Source: Christensenellales bacterium (GTDB lineage: Bacteria; Bacillota; Clostridia; Christensenellales; UBA1242). From it: DNA of 64,000 nt. The stretch is from NCBI GenBank assembly GCA_051883495.1, contig JBJETV010000017.1, forward strand, positions 28,911 to 92,910, read 5' to 3'. The notes under the pieces were generated by a model, which saw only the letters and a program-made list of their open reading frames with translations, did not search any database and was not told the origin of the DNA. Of this stretch, positions 25,101 to 28,923 are shown in pieces. Position 1 is the first letter of the stretch; each line of letters starts with the position of its first letter. Position numbers and translations under genes: made by a program.

Positions 25101-28100
25101 AAGAACAAGAAGTATTCACTCCACGTTCTGTTATGTTCAATGTAACCTCTACATTTGAAATAGTTGATGCCAGCCTAATCGGAGACTCTTCAGGAGAAAT
25201 TGCTAAAGGTGCAACTGCTGGCGGTGTTGTTGGTGAGTTGAATGGTGGAACAATAGCAGACAACGTTTATGTAGATTCAACAGTTTCACAAGCAGAAACA
25301 GTTGGTGGCTTGGTGGGTACAGTAATCAGTGGAACTATTGGCAAAGATTCTAGCGCTTTTGTAGTAGGTGGAACACTAGCCAATGCTACATATGGTGGCG
25401 GTGCAGTGGGCAAACTTGCTGGAAGTGTTACATTTAACAAAGCTTATGTAAGACAGATTAAAGAAATCACTGGCGACATCCATGGTGCAGATTCTGTAAT
25501 CCAAAAGAAAACTCGTGCCAAAGGAGCAAAAGATATCCTTGGTGCAGGGGCGTATGTTGGGGTAATGGAGAGTGGCTCTCTAGATAACAAGACACAGGAT
25601 GCCCTTACAATTATAGAGTCTTACGATGGTGAATTTGCAGACCAAAGTGGTGTAACTAAGATATATGGCAGATACATTGCAGGCGGTGCAGTTGCTTGGC
25701 TTAAAGATGGAGAAATTTCTGGCTGTTCATTTGCAGAAACAGATGAAAATACAATTAGTATTTCAGGTGGTGGTGATTATAAAATTGCTTGTGCAACATC
25801 CTATCAAATCCGTAACAATAAGGATGCCGTTAGTGACCTTTGTGAAGGAGATGACTCCCTAGACAAAATGCTTAACATTGCCCACAAAGTTGGTGTTGGT
25901 GGTCTGGTTGGCAAGATGACTGGTGGAAAGATTATTGGTGGTGTAGCTCCAGATATCAGCGGTGTCAATGTCGGCGGTTTGGTCGGTTATATGGGCAAAG
26001 ATAGAAATGACGATGGAACTGATATTGACTTTACAAGTTCCGAAGTCCCTCAAATTGGAGATACCAGTGGCGAAGCCCCAGAGAGTGGCAATGTTAGATT
26101 AACAGGCAAAGGGTTTGCAGGCGCTTATGTTGGTGTTGCAAATGGTGGAAAGATAGTTGCAGTGTCTTCAAGAGAAAACTCTTCAGGAGAAGAATCTACA
26201 GTATCAAAAAGTGGAAGTTCCAGTAAAGGTGAAGGAACCTATCTTGGTGGGGCTGTTGGTGCATTGATTGGAGAAACAGAGGTAAATACATCTCAACTTA
26301 AAAAAGTTGTGAATGGTGAATTTGCTGGTGGTGTGTATGGCTATGTTTGTGTAGAATGTTCTTTTGATAATTCTATAAGTCCATATGTTGTTGGAGCTGT
26401 ATATACTGGTGGTGTAGCAGGTAGAATGGATGTCGGCTCTTTGACAAGTAATATAGATATTATTACTAGCGAAGACAGAGGATTGAGTGGGGCATACGTT
26501 GGCTCTTTGGTTGGATATGTTGGATACAATGGCAATGTGGGAGAAGATGTATCTATAGTTAATTTGTCTGGTGAATATACATTATCTCTTAATATAAATT
26601 CTAACGAGATTGCTGGTGGGTTAGTTGGCGTAGTTGGCGAAAGTGGAAAATTAAAATTAACCTCTGATGAAGGATCAATAAAGGTTACAATAACAAATAC
26701 TGCTAATATCAAAGCAACCAATTTTGGTGGTATAGTAGGACTAGTTGAACAAGGCGGAAAAGTTGGAGCAGAAGGAGATAATAAAGCAAATATTATATTC
26801 AATATGCCTCCAGCAACTGAAGGAAGCACAGATAAGCCATTGACTGTAAATGGTTCAATAGGTGGCGTAGTTGGACAGCTTAGCCAAAATGCATATGTGT
26901 TCAATATAACAGCGCAAACGCCTGAAGTTGACTTTGCAAGTCTAGGAGAATTTGATTATAACTATGGCAACATAGTTGGATTAAACGAAGGTATCGTAGG
27001 ACAATGTGATAGCAAGGTGGAGATGGTTGATGGTAAATATGTAAAGCTAAGAGAAGGTAAGTCATTTGGTGGTATAGTAGCATTGAATGAAAATGGCATT
27101 ATTTATGCTTGCACAACGACAGACGAATCTTCGAAATATCTTAGAGCTTTCTCAGATAATGAAGCGTATTTTGGTGGCATTGTAGGAAAAGCTAAAGATG
27201 GACAAATAATAGACTGCGAGAACAAAATGAATCTCACTGGATTGGGCAATGGCATATACATTGGAGGTATTGTAGGTAGTGCTAGTGGTGTTACAGTTAT
27301 CAATTCCAAAAACTCCGGATATGTTGTTGCAAGTATTCAAGAAGAAGACGGTAGCTTTGAGGCTTCTAAAAACTATGTAACAGGCTGGAATCCAGAAAAT
27401 GCAAGTGATATAAATAATGAATGTAGAGATGTAGTATTTGAGGAAAATAACCTGTCAAAAGATAATTATACAAATTACAAAGGTGCAGTTGGTGGCTTGG
27501 TTGGCTACGCTGAAGGCGAAGTAAAATTCGACGACAAGTGTTCTTCAAGAGAAGAAGTATATGGTTATGCATTCTATCAACGCAATACTCCTTATAATGA
27601 AACTAAAGCATACAATGAAGGCATGAGTTATATAGTAAGTGGCAATACAGAAAAGAGTGATTATGTATATAAGGATACCATCTATGAACGTCGTGGCTTA
27701 TATGTTGGATATGCAAAAAGCAGGGATAATGTCAATATAAAGAAAGACACGACATACGATTCAACAGAATATGAAGGAGTCGCTCCAAAATCAATAACTT
27801 GGGCTGATAGAGGAAATGACAGAACATATAAAGACGAGGATTATGTTGTATTGTATTTCAATGTTAATTATAATAGTTATGGTGCAGGAGTTTCCAATGA
27901 TAAATATGGTTATTCTGGGTCGAGTTTCACAGGAATTCAATATTTGAAATCAAATTCTGAAACTCCAAAACAAGGTGAGTTCAACGAAATAAAAGAAATG
28001 GATGAAAATTTCATTAATAATAAAAAGAATGAAGTTAAAGCCTATATTGAAGAAAAGTATGCTAAAAATGTGTATGATGAAGAAACTATCATTAATGTGA

Positions 28101-28399
28101 ATTCTACAGAACTTGGAGATCCTTTCAAGGTTGAATCTCAATATAAAGATACAAAGTTTACTCCAAGTACTTTGCCATATATTGGAGGAACAACTGATCC
28201 ATCACAAAATATTCAAGTTATTAGATATGCAAGAGAAAAGTATAATGAGAAAACCTCATATGTAACTCAAGAAACTCAAGCGACAAATACTTTGCTCAAC
28301 CTTTATAAATTTAGTTCAGATGGTGAAATTGGAGAAGTTGATAGAGATCAAATAATAAGCAACCTTACTTTTTCCAGAAATAACTCATCACAAGGTTAA
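4085..28399 (+). CDS. Giant surface lipoprotein (8104 aa) with Ig-like domains and many GLUG-type beta-helix cassettes
   Basis: Uninterrupted 24,315-nt ORF in AT-rich DNA. AGGTG lies 5 nt before the ATG. Lipobox signal peptide. Dozens of GG[LIV][VIA]G-x4-G-x-I-x-N/C turns. No LPXTG or HEXXH motif found on reading. Confidence 0.9.
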   Translation: MKKFFVFMSILLLSLSGVFVACGGGRYDDLNISVISVVTSENKNVEYSSKDGCYILEPGDKVTIKAKATCSSDIAEDLLFENYSPASLVPDENANRNAKTSYTFDVNAPSAGGVFKIVIMSRESSNGAKTLLFKAQDTPTQIAFKDGGVGAVYGSEVNLASCVNFSSKFSEKFPEYEVSDKSLRYEVVSTLRNDDTEYEISYDELTSTYYVKMGDLDIEAFKIENGLLTILDNRVYGEFEIVAKASNYIDNLPPTSSSDKKTANEKLKTQTTVSIVEPISLEKIEIKSGTSAGQINFTNIPLETKLSALLLNNFSGEWKDSDNQGHFYNLENVNVLLRNSDADKIDITASLEEGTNIVAVDSKNPVELTSEGTVSGKKRDFAFMANASAGTAVVDFLFTYKFGNNLTIKFSDLYEEYFESLSEDVKNQLYKLYGESSRSKYVQFDVQSIPNGVSVYRENDRNPLELNETVAVFDSYSGTRGTRFEINIPFGKGTSENDKKVRVYINSSDNADSYLEVSDYNGTIALQSENVDGQVVYFFERNLAIETHNVFYVKAKQGTDFNGKSFEITVESLIESKITLSNGTIIASGSENGDLRNETFTFNIEAKKGVSSIVAKTMVASDKFPTIGEEGVYSKIVLQKQSNPSSAKGTLVAFAIDADPSTAITVGYDSDIVKIDVVTLEAGSLFAGKFAEGQNIAGVLSLVGLKKGETKITLQADNGYKVVLSVLVVESFADDYVSLIVDGDNAIANNDLANSRTISVFVGEPFEVSYTVASSQDAVRAVRYSSSNEQVATIAGNGRVSTLTAGESIVTLEIKFYAFSINNGYAVWNERSCTRQVKIRAFIPAVSKTLSRTEINVYDYNSLGGDMPSFDVQGKKDLSKVSFSVDLRGKDDQTPTIAGTNCITVKIAPEDSRYIVGTLEGNVFTGFAYLPEGINSKHVRIEVVIEEYGTAVSKYCDVYIERAIMVEDIGVAVMENGSDIDVEYVEDKTATLLTSTKAGKTLTFETSILPQDARDKSLVVELFRSNNNYDKNQPFTKVMNEGVLPVISYKGEPSYETIVRAGESFDVYIDSNCSGVFIVSISSADSVQSETQVANGEDNIYYVRNYNKTIDIVVKIEDGRLVPYVIKNSEELRELENSDRNFVLGADISLANENWTPIKGFTGSLNGYLNGNYYKISGLSLNNVDEEYVGLFATLDNRTEGGETESAPVSKYYGAILNVKLVVSKIVVSPNDKTNISLGTLVGKNNGLIANCSVELNGVDIKSTSAMNIGGLVGENNGLIISCEESLGKSNDELQNELDMLSRDTLAYTAGSTNDFNSLADFEKLNFVSETVVKGNMQIEATGAVNVGGVAGKNSGIINGIYGVFAKRNEIASMTDNVFAVSYQSEGVDADVNINVGGGNISSENANVGGVVGYQYGGNLFNVSADGQIGYIQSNNVSGVNKNVGGIAGYVAGNGENTNISNALSSVRVYGKDFVGGAIGKAYDALLDLIRVENATGNVGALITANGGTVGGVVAYAKNVEITHSYSQGYADQYDSVYVANGDLKMLNSSNLVGGIVGKTEGSCAIKNSFSMFNFVGAGNAVGIAEKSDVCRVENVYYIGVGASTLCGTSKTAEGFNFFVELEYRDIAEEKVLTAKSVDLTGLNNESDAIFLSGKKMRVVYPYAGSEGNLDFESKILAYSSNVGVFSLARNIPTSISTTANSNSGVATLHETKWKLTFDTNEDNFRNAKFYVLKDNNYNDGEMAVVLNLSSEEEKNIIAIQDLFDILALPSGISYAHLLASLSKSDIAEVTSDGNIILKNTGKTTLKLTVKENKKVWCEVDIYVVRNFDKLVLNSGIALAQDYIGRTTTVGIKTDINIIATLCEYTKEQSGRVIYGILSDSQYVLSTIPAQDGYSLRLDVFDGEDNRAKEYLSTNSESENEDAVFVRLANGLKFLKVGEWTVKPIIEYSKDGVEFEYICDDWSFVLNAISGATNITTRTESKEITLYGETRNDNLAVVVTADTEEAPNLQFKVLKQVDGEFVEVSKTTDDFPFELPTFESKKQGSGFIYQFSLSLKASMRNISTVDLYKMLIWDEDNALITKPAEIIIHVVPQIVDNISSSHYAYTKTVATIGTGSVEENYVYSYTNIPTNTLIAGSDGLFVIDISPYYSNIKKVVVRSSCTDGTSKLGLMQLVKIVADDGKEYLVYAPLQQGLEEGDLQLALASTATGDFTINGSYASLTNATYSFGPETTGEVSNVGKLYVKTLTPSDVSRDARFSITVEVTCEQADENNEGLIETTSTSEHMFTIQSVPGVDLKISHNDNERKIIAYTDSGTEADWLDIEAIVPSGSEGELSLEVFNESGNQIAEEDVDEYATLVTSNGKTKLYLAGKANVGYKINIVLSTEVKLDNVKVPYTHTSTVNVVDVVVENISISGAENGVIEMTSASIRVLGVEIEGFGKRESLETLKRLIAQSVFFAGEETSGKALYWFASVEGSENEYNLDSSSFGDSLPFEVNKVATSNTSSTRQNIDSNALGYDGNRLVEFVYGSRIMYLQGSASSGKVNLRVEFNYVYSAGRIIPVPTSILQTDFAVSAQASIVVSESLGEENLRPVETVQDLKSMVDGGEYILMNDLVLEDWTPITANFTSFDGNGKVITIKSFRYETVSNNTSIDLGLFSEISDKSLVKNVIVAYPDNLGGSAVVDEFDGIDLSSYGTVNFGGLAAVNNGIITNCDVISVASDSTNYNKAINSYNNDKYALAIKTNKNAKDANIAGFVAENNGTITNSRVGRNVVMVFPHPSGEKAVESPLRYDKVAPVFVMNVEGAGNVAGFVAQNKGTISSSYASNLQMEVFSQGYGTKNIKTSGFVVANNGFVHGSYVAGWEGYKRNSTSMVAEEPNNRKHGGGIYSNGIVSGFVYYNDGFVEDCYSNINISGDHTYAYMSAGISNRISNDQDINIPVASGFVYVMGENATIRTSYSLSYVKSKTTNAHAMFQGCINGVDVDSSRRPTQESIKYGTIENCYFLMEKGEEVERSHERAIMLSTGDSIDETGDSATINEFISEGSFNGFAFDPVSLKSSSYKGSGGVWTIVKDGNFGYPELLSANDIAFSARVRGITETEQGVVTKYYFNYISNYDQGSDNNPYIVYSEESYNNVFKSKQQETFDNNITAKFTGNIRLVKSFVMEKRSTYSSSVEYTSNKGQVSVFDGNYLTISNIDLGESAEDSFGLFKDIYHAGVKNLTLGINSIVSGNCTAVGALAGVIVDSTISNISLVAMGNEDNWNITGNNYVGALAGIVVSSAYSSTSIGGTVFSKISNIRSNLSVTSSRTTDQGSQARVINSTDIWQAIKPIGVTSGGNYSYASNLRLSNLPKDVYYAGGVIGVVSLSQRSDDQENVILEKVNVDNIHVGTFVQGSKFTGAKMGADGYYTGNLRILSNYVGGLFGFVGEETFVENSSFVVGDYSTFTASQVVGGLTAFNLGKISKSFVGFDEDTTEKLNEHLVAVATGSINLDTFNNTLFGGTPEIVGGLVGVNYSTQVYRSGTISDCYNRVDVRNATATTVGGIVGASSYGTITNVYTTASLMANNDVSNTHIGAIIGEIVDSETNYITVVDNVGGEDAKLHLENIVALNVFSQNDFARLVEFDSNGGKIGALYGEYNNKKTDGKNIVDIPNENGIYVNSYALKDIGCAYVRGIVIQNGELETSQFDIAQYEQKESNGTSFEYWGLGEGSKRDAYLKESVEALMPDQFFKLFSTSLLANQKLREKYFSIDRWSRQVWRYDSPNTQDYDYDILPVLEYGYNASTERIYTAEDFYSKLGAKNTAGKTYMIMRDIDFGGANGDDPFSVITETFEGSLYGANISFTQNSGSGIETYRRKPILFNVNLVNSSANQEYAMFLSTRNATFSNFNIVVGDYNITYNNTISGTQTYGAVLAARAENSTQINNVNIYGSLTGSFGTVANQNLVGSSVDDEANLPYVSQGVKYNNGRSDYSNPYLVVGEDVLRTYVYDSTRGVFVLNDGSNTVLVTKNCELLRTNATTFGSLAATSSNTIINIGYASANINIAVDYRTNASSLSRTIGGITGSAKGDLHNIVSKVNLNVITGEDERISSLNIGGVAGSMMGRMRDVYVSDRSIAVGTTENPIRTIDNTSGIYVGGIIGSADSYLANQGDEGSRVGSAEAIFVQDISIEVNSIGNTYVGGAIALSTFNITNVNVKQSTGALETNKIKLNCLTENESTDDLYVVGGVIATSSAQYFSYVYNNIPVEFVGSCFNTAIIGGIAGYLTSKTSYSFDNIVCDATSIKVLKGNQDIPAGARIYVGGIAGKTAMDNNNTISINKAISTTDIICDQYAMMNVGGFVGSVSKLKVSTAIVLGDITLNRALGSTTNFERITSTPANVASMFLPDGGDPTYIGGLVGDCKNLDNGADNGNVLVASTIRDYAIAQKLNAYLGAVVGRQGGSDKARVSSSLIVTCENIALVGNELSGIKNVAQDTLSDVNGNGVFGLIYNDLYLKVDSSVKSRFFTKYAESQSDGTINVREGCKLAPKTFDNDTVLENNKYYILENNVTVDDTITTTANGWVINGQGYSIQVGTDSSKMKTVFGEITQRSAVSAVMLNLSGTVTTNSKELFAPFATYNYGFVFSCFVVGDVVTGLDSSTFVYSNFGVINKCFSMANLKTNGGGGLVSANGNYISDSEIYIGNIYDSYYTGSITIDGSNDSNTAIGTLAKDTTYGVISNSYTMADVSADFGTNKYNATHPVASIRTSLEHSWNPTENLYRVYYDYIPYVAGNEGQNMSAIGDRTNNLNFISKEGFYLWTSSFTGEVNNVFQTANTSNATVAEMFQTHWVVPERNKTTGELTGELVEIFNKAEGAVTSEGAIGIDSTWFNFGYITKNYSNIFDGVGGSDVGKFASRIRNYFNSIYTGNGLADKNGNSYAPDVVESLAINGIGPVSNGIVQGFTNMPYSIKHAGLLDIFVSSNNAGTVPKYRYYRFTKEIVNFEKYSKVTYWSESWDTQSMEFYGNLDGALTTEKTTKISNMYATNGLVRAIGSYSKEIMVQNVGDEESHPYNVATVVQNITFVNCYSKTGLVAGVVDNQYAEVKNVGVDNENHVFNGNIANMFESKVETISKSDLEAVTTTEGGLTTTTYKLNNSKVTAFKTSLGRDFSLTRISRGQYESIKESDTITVVNTKFFAVIFVGELKEKLVGATWDSSGKITKVYGVDLNDLNSLSRDKILVYQGVSRSGGQVLPDIICKTINSITVKSKFSIGSTTYELTEHPYGGKAGFAGGYVGYLNNGNLANVFFGDTSKLYVSTYDDSYNSVSYTGGIAGVMTGGEITLKDNKLKNVEVGGAMKMEQVVQPKSYSGGVVGILTSKNSGSIPELSNITVGSNEGSSYSASNVKVFGIYGVGGIAGVVYGGKISNCQIFGDIGLDIMGKNYVSNETGTYEQTFVSKDNETIKGKLGTNTILTTNKISENIMTMNDVLVSSVNIGGIVGLAYADRDETSIDNCSFGEEVDGIGRTASATISHNIKYMSGFYTVVVGGIVGNMGQNGSETKVTVTNSKFAGSINITGSQTTIAGGIAGAMKGGKITDCYTSQGAKINTDIGFYFDVPWISPELIALDVANKNGVKRRITKDNLLDYLKSSLNSTFDFGSINLDKIIKSVTGGVGGNLSFNNNDDYINFSVGVRFIIDGYAVSGGIVGRMLKGEIGNATENGVLNGADIVAGTRAGGIVGEALSNGDFIIIQNAKDTGRVAANGKLKLLTSASIEGDLLGDASADWATGEMGRNKNYFGNTGENGSNSSVVAGLLMRMAKAIWPKWFEEGNNEKYGVFSSGSLININLAGSVDGSIDAKVAFQPVFNVSVILDDGMAGGIVGAIECSSKLTGSSSTTYVQITNCNTEISASTEFNVANFINQVSGVGGPLTQFAGGIAGVAVANSESNIVISNCINDALIRGYMIRSFAGGIVGFVQNATIQACKNVSGGLNDLFTNVFTDTIVDLVNTFLNINFLLSFPNIAGGIVGYMNSGVVRNCSTGQGFFDSTFTGYSLVMGLRVAGGIIGVMNGGTLSSDIGSEGGFVTNTGAVWAMNGIAGGIIGLMYGGTVASLKSASSTESIMELFATLVSKKSEGDNDGLNDLKKGNGLILTSPTSVVIGAVSGGCIGYLGDITPEAIGEPVHLGGMINMGYVLHGLGALFSTPMVNGALGELSGNSLANVSVESLLTDKQEKINKSLTKNAKTTSLKGTLDLVIDGEATTLASVQFGSSLSFGFVGEILKAVLKTVYKIGVGVDGNIPIKYYINGVVVNSYKYNIDPVKFDANETYPSKLQYVSNILCMTDNDLAIVEKKDGKDEFGLGGGASGGIIGMTRINRELTVSCVMSYGLSLSGLGINGFFGKLLDLLKTGVVYSSGSAGGIIGAVISEEFETEKTISGGTGSGKNYTNGKVIVSMASNFSTVIGVNNAGGIVGYANKNTYIMSFDNNLKSIYGIVSNYGAVSGVDCSGGIIGLSNGARVNTKEVESALLSHEVSLQTTWNGEVKWQSGVMTTPDFTNIGLFRVVNSGQVAHGKYSGGIVGGLINKSEMYMATLAGSAFVYLSQPLAMFNGSAITISSPLYAGGLAGYIEDNSVISGTCAVGTDGINIFSPQITIFAGKCSETIATTETTSGLTSTSSLVTSNLVGEGEGSEDGDNYESSIETPKENEIPPATDPGYVGGVVGRYNGGQVGGITSRMTSVRSIPVTDGINIGGYTKNGKEVLKSSYVGGAIGYINDTIATTKINGKSMSMINVDVRSKKVQNGMIATGGYIGKAELESDKTLQLQFIFGADVIVTAGKGGVAGGVIGELSGGTLSNVVSQAQVIAKENSSIGGIVGKLTGGAKIQDCYVLKIAELNRKSWSYAGYNPSDEDRIGEYSIKKVTYLRTGEIVTPVKDPITGATSNVVSRWLNNESIPPTDVIERDDIVYTNNAITMKLQKVLSGYSSNGDFTYSLAEDGYTGRIHLTKTYSTKVSKDPLTGEEYGTMKKKNVEVEGEDGSSHYEEQEVFTPRSVMFNVTSTFEIVDASLIGDSSGEIAKGATAGGVVGELNGGTIADNVYVDSTVSQAETVGGLVGTVISGTIGKDSSAFVVGGTLANATYGGGAVGKLAGSVTFNKAYVRQIKEITGDIHGADSVIQKKTRAKGAKDILGAGAYVGVMESGSLDNKTQDALTIIESYDGEFADQSGVTKIYGRYIAGGAVAWLKDGEISGCSFAETDENTISISGGGDYKIACATSYQIRNNKDAVSDLCEGDDSLDKMLNIAHKVGVGGLVGKMTGGKIIGGVAPDISGVNVGGLVGYMGKDRNDDGTDIDFTSSEVPQIGDTSGEAPESGNVRLTGKGFAGAYVGVANGGKIVAVSSRENSSGEESTVSKSGSSSKGEGTYLGGAVGALIGETEVNTSQLKKVVNGEFAGGVYGYVCVECSFDNSISPYVVGAVYTGGVAGRMDVGSLTSNIDIITSEDRGLSGAYVGSLVGYVGYNGNVGEDVSIVNLSGEYTLSLNINSNEIAGGLVGVVGESGKLKLTSDEGSIKVTITNTANIKATNFGGIVGLVEQGGKVGAEGDNKANIIFNMPPATEGSTDKPLTVNGSIGGVVGQLSQNAYVFNITAQTPEVDFASLGEFDYNYGNIVGLNEGIVGQCDSKVEMVDGKYVKLREGKSFGGIVALNENGIIYACTTTDESSKYLRAFSDNEAYFGGIVGKAKDGQIIDCENKMNLTGLGNGIYIGGIVGSASGVTVINSKNSGYVVASIQEEDGSFEASKNYVTGWNPENASDINNECRDVVFEENNLSKDNYTNYKGAVGGLVGYAEGEVKFDDKCSSREEVYGYAFYQRNTPYNETKAYNEGMSYIVSGNTEKSDYVYKDTIYERRGLYVGYAKSRDNVNIKKDTTYDSTEYEGVAPKSITWADRGNDRTYKDEDYVVLYFNVNYNSYGAGVSNDKYGYSGSSFTGIQYLKSNSETPKQGEFNEIKEMDENFINNKKNEVKAYIEEKYAKNVYDEETIINVNSTELGDPFKVESQYKDTKFTPSTLPYIGGTTDPSQNIQVIRYAREKYNEKTSYVTQETQATNTLLNLYKFSSDGEIGEVDRDQIISNLTFSRNNSSQG
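6347..6535 (+). other. Bacterial Ig-like (BIG2-type) domain within giant protein 1
   Basis: SRTISVFVGEPFEVSYTVASSQDAVRAVRYSSSNEQVATIAGNGRVSTLTAGESIVTLEI fits the BIG2 pattern (..SSN..VATI...G.VT....G...I). Confidence 0.55.
7457..8930 (+). other. GLUG-type beta-helix cassette 1 of giant protein 1 (approximate bounds)
   Basis: Cap-like VIKNSEELRELENSDRNFVLGADISLANENWTPIKGFTGSLNG. It is followed by IGGLVGENNG, VGGVAGKNSG, VGGVVGYQYG, VGGIAGYVAG, VGGAIGKAYD, VGGVVAYAKN and VGGIVGKTEG. Confidence 0.6.
11858..13330 (+). other. Beta-helix cassette 2 of giant protein 1 (GFV-variant turns); paralogous to 37030-38390
   Basis: Cap VETVQDLKSMVDGGEYILMNDLVLEDWTPITANFTSFDGNGKVITIKSF. Turns FGGLAAVNNG, IAGFVAENNG, VAGFVAQNKG, SGFVVANNG and SGFVYYNDGFVEDCYSN. 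C-cap GGVWTIVKDGNFGYPELL. Confidence 0.6.
13436..15410 (+). other. GLUG-type cassette 3 of giant protein 1 (approximate bounds)
   Basis: Turns VGALAGVIVD, VGALAGIVVS, AGGVIGVVSL, VGGLFGFVGE, VGGLTAFNLG, VGGLVGVNYS and VGGIVGASSY. Ends with WSRQVWRYDSP...ILPVLEYG. Confidence 0.5.
15427..17550 (+). other. GLUG-type cassette 4 of giant protein 1 (approximate bounds)
   Basis: Cap RIYTAEDFYSKLGAKNTAGKTYMIMRDIDFGG...FEGSLYGANISF. Turns IGGITGSAKG, IGGVAGSMMG, VGGIIGSADS, IGGIAGYLTS, VGGIAGKTAM, VGGFVGSVSK and IGGLVGDCKN. Confidence 0.5.
17625..27540 (+). other. Further GLUG-type cassettes of giant protein 1 with long non-repeat excursions
   Basis: GG[ILV][IVA]G turns recur throughout, for example YTGGIAGVMTGG, IGGIVGLAYAD, VGGIVGNMGQ, AGGIVGEALS, AGGIVGYMNSG, AGGIIGLMYGG, AGGVIGELSGG, VGGLVGYMGK and VGGLVGYAEG. 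They are interrupted by 40-150 aa inserts. Individual cassette borders were not resolved. Confidence 0.45.
27541..28396 (+). other. C-terminal non-GLUG domain of giant protein 1 (about 285 aa, Tyr/Asn/Lys-rich, unknown function)
   Basis: After the last turn (GAVGGLVGYAEG) the sequence switches to YGYAFYQRNTPYNETKAYNEG...YGYSGSSFTGIQYLK...NLTFSRNNSSQG with no GG[LIV]xG turns. Confidence 0.4.
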
Positions 28400-28521
28400 A
28401 AGTTTGAAGGTGAAGTTATCCCTATGGGCGTAAATGCTAAAATTAAGGCTTTCCTTTTGCCTGATTTATAGCAAAAAGTTTTGCAATAACATTGCAAAAA
28501 AAAAAAGGAAAAGTATGAGTG

Positions 28522-28544
28522 TGTGGGGGCTTTGCCCCCCCACA
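28522..28544 (+). terminator. GC-rich hairpin, putative terminator of giant gene 1
   Basis: TGTGGGGG (28522-28529) pairs with CCCCCACA (28537-28544). It is the only GC-rich element in the spacer. The downstream T-run is weak and displaced (cttttac). Confidence 0.45.
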
Positions 28545-28551
28545 ATGATAC

Positions 28552-28683
28552 TTTTACAACAAGTTTTACAACAAGTTTTACAACAAGTTTTACAACAAGA
28601 TTTACAACAAGATTTACAACAAGAGTTACAAAAAAAATTACAAAAAAATTTACAAAAGAAATTGCAAATAACAATGCAAAAAA
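28552..28683. repeat. 12-bp tandem repeat, 11 units, degenerating 5' to 3'
   Basis: The first 4 units are exact TTTTACAACAAG, followed by ATTTACAACAAG x2, AGTTACAAAAAA, AATTACAAAAAA, ATTTACAAAAGA, AATTGCAAATAA and CAATGCAAAAAA. The core TT(A/G)CAA recurs every 12 bp. Confidence 0.9.
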
Positions 28684-28709
28684 AAATTAAAGAAAAATGA
28701 TAATAATCA

Positions 28710-28738
28710 ATACAAATTCGACTAGAAGGTGCTATAAT
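28710..28738 (+). promoter_or_regulatory. Candidate sigma-A promoter of giant gene 2 (extended -10)
   Basis: Weak -35 ATACAA (28710-28715), 17-nt spacer, TGcTATAAT (28730-28738). The ATG is about 110 nt downstream. Confidence 0.5.
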
Positions 28739-28769
28739 TATTGAATGGGAAATTTGTAAAAACAAAAAA

Positions 28770-28791
28770 TTGCAAAAAGGGATTTTTGCAA
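28770..28791. promoter_or_regulatory. Perfect 9-bp inverted repeat (operator or 5'-UTR hairpin) upstream of giant gene 2
   Basis: TTGCAAAAA-GGGA-TTTTTGCAA, located between the candidate promoter and the RBS. Confidence 0.55.
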
Positions 28792-28854
28792 AGAAACAAT
28801 GAATGAACATCAACGACAAAGAGTTAATTTCCAAGATAGAAAGAGGAAGATAAA

Positions 28855-28923
28855 ATGAAGAAAATTTTTAGCAAGATAATGGTATTGTTGCTGATAGTAT
28901 CCTCACTGGTGATATTTGGATGC
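28855..28923 (+). other. Lipoprotein (SPase II) signal peptide of giant protein 2
   Basis: MKKIFSKIMVLLLIVSSLVIFG-C23-NE, lipobox IFGC (Cys codon at 28921-28923). Confidence 0.75.

Noticed and set aside
28552-28683. Possible CRISPR array.
   Set aside because: The units are 12 bp, contiguous with no spacers, and degenerate gradually. No cas genes are present. This is a simple tandem repeat.
28396-28834. Three track ORFs across the inter-giant spacer (28434-28700 +, 28396-28674 -, 28466-28834 -), encoding (VLQQ)n, (KLVV)n and (CCKx)n.
   Set aside because: They are open only because a 12-bp (4-codon) tandem repeat is stop-free in several frames. They have no RBS, they overlap each other, and they run through the hairpin and the promoter.
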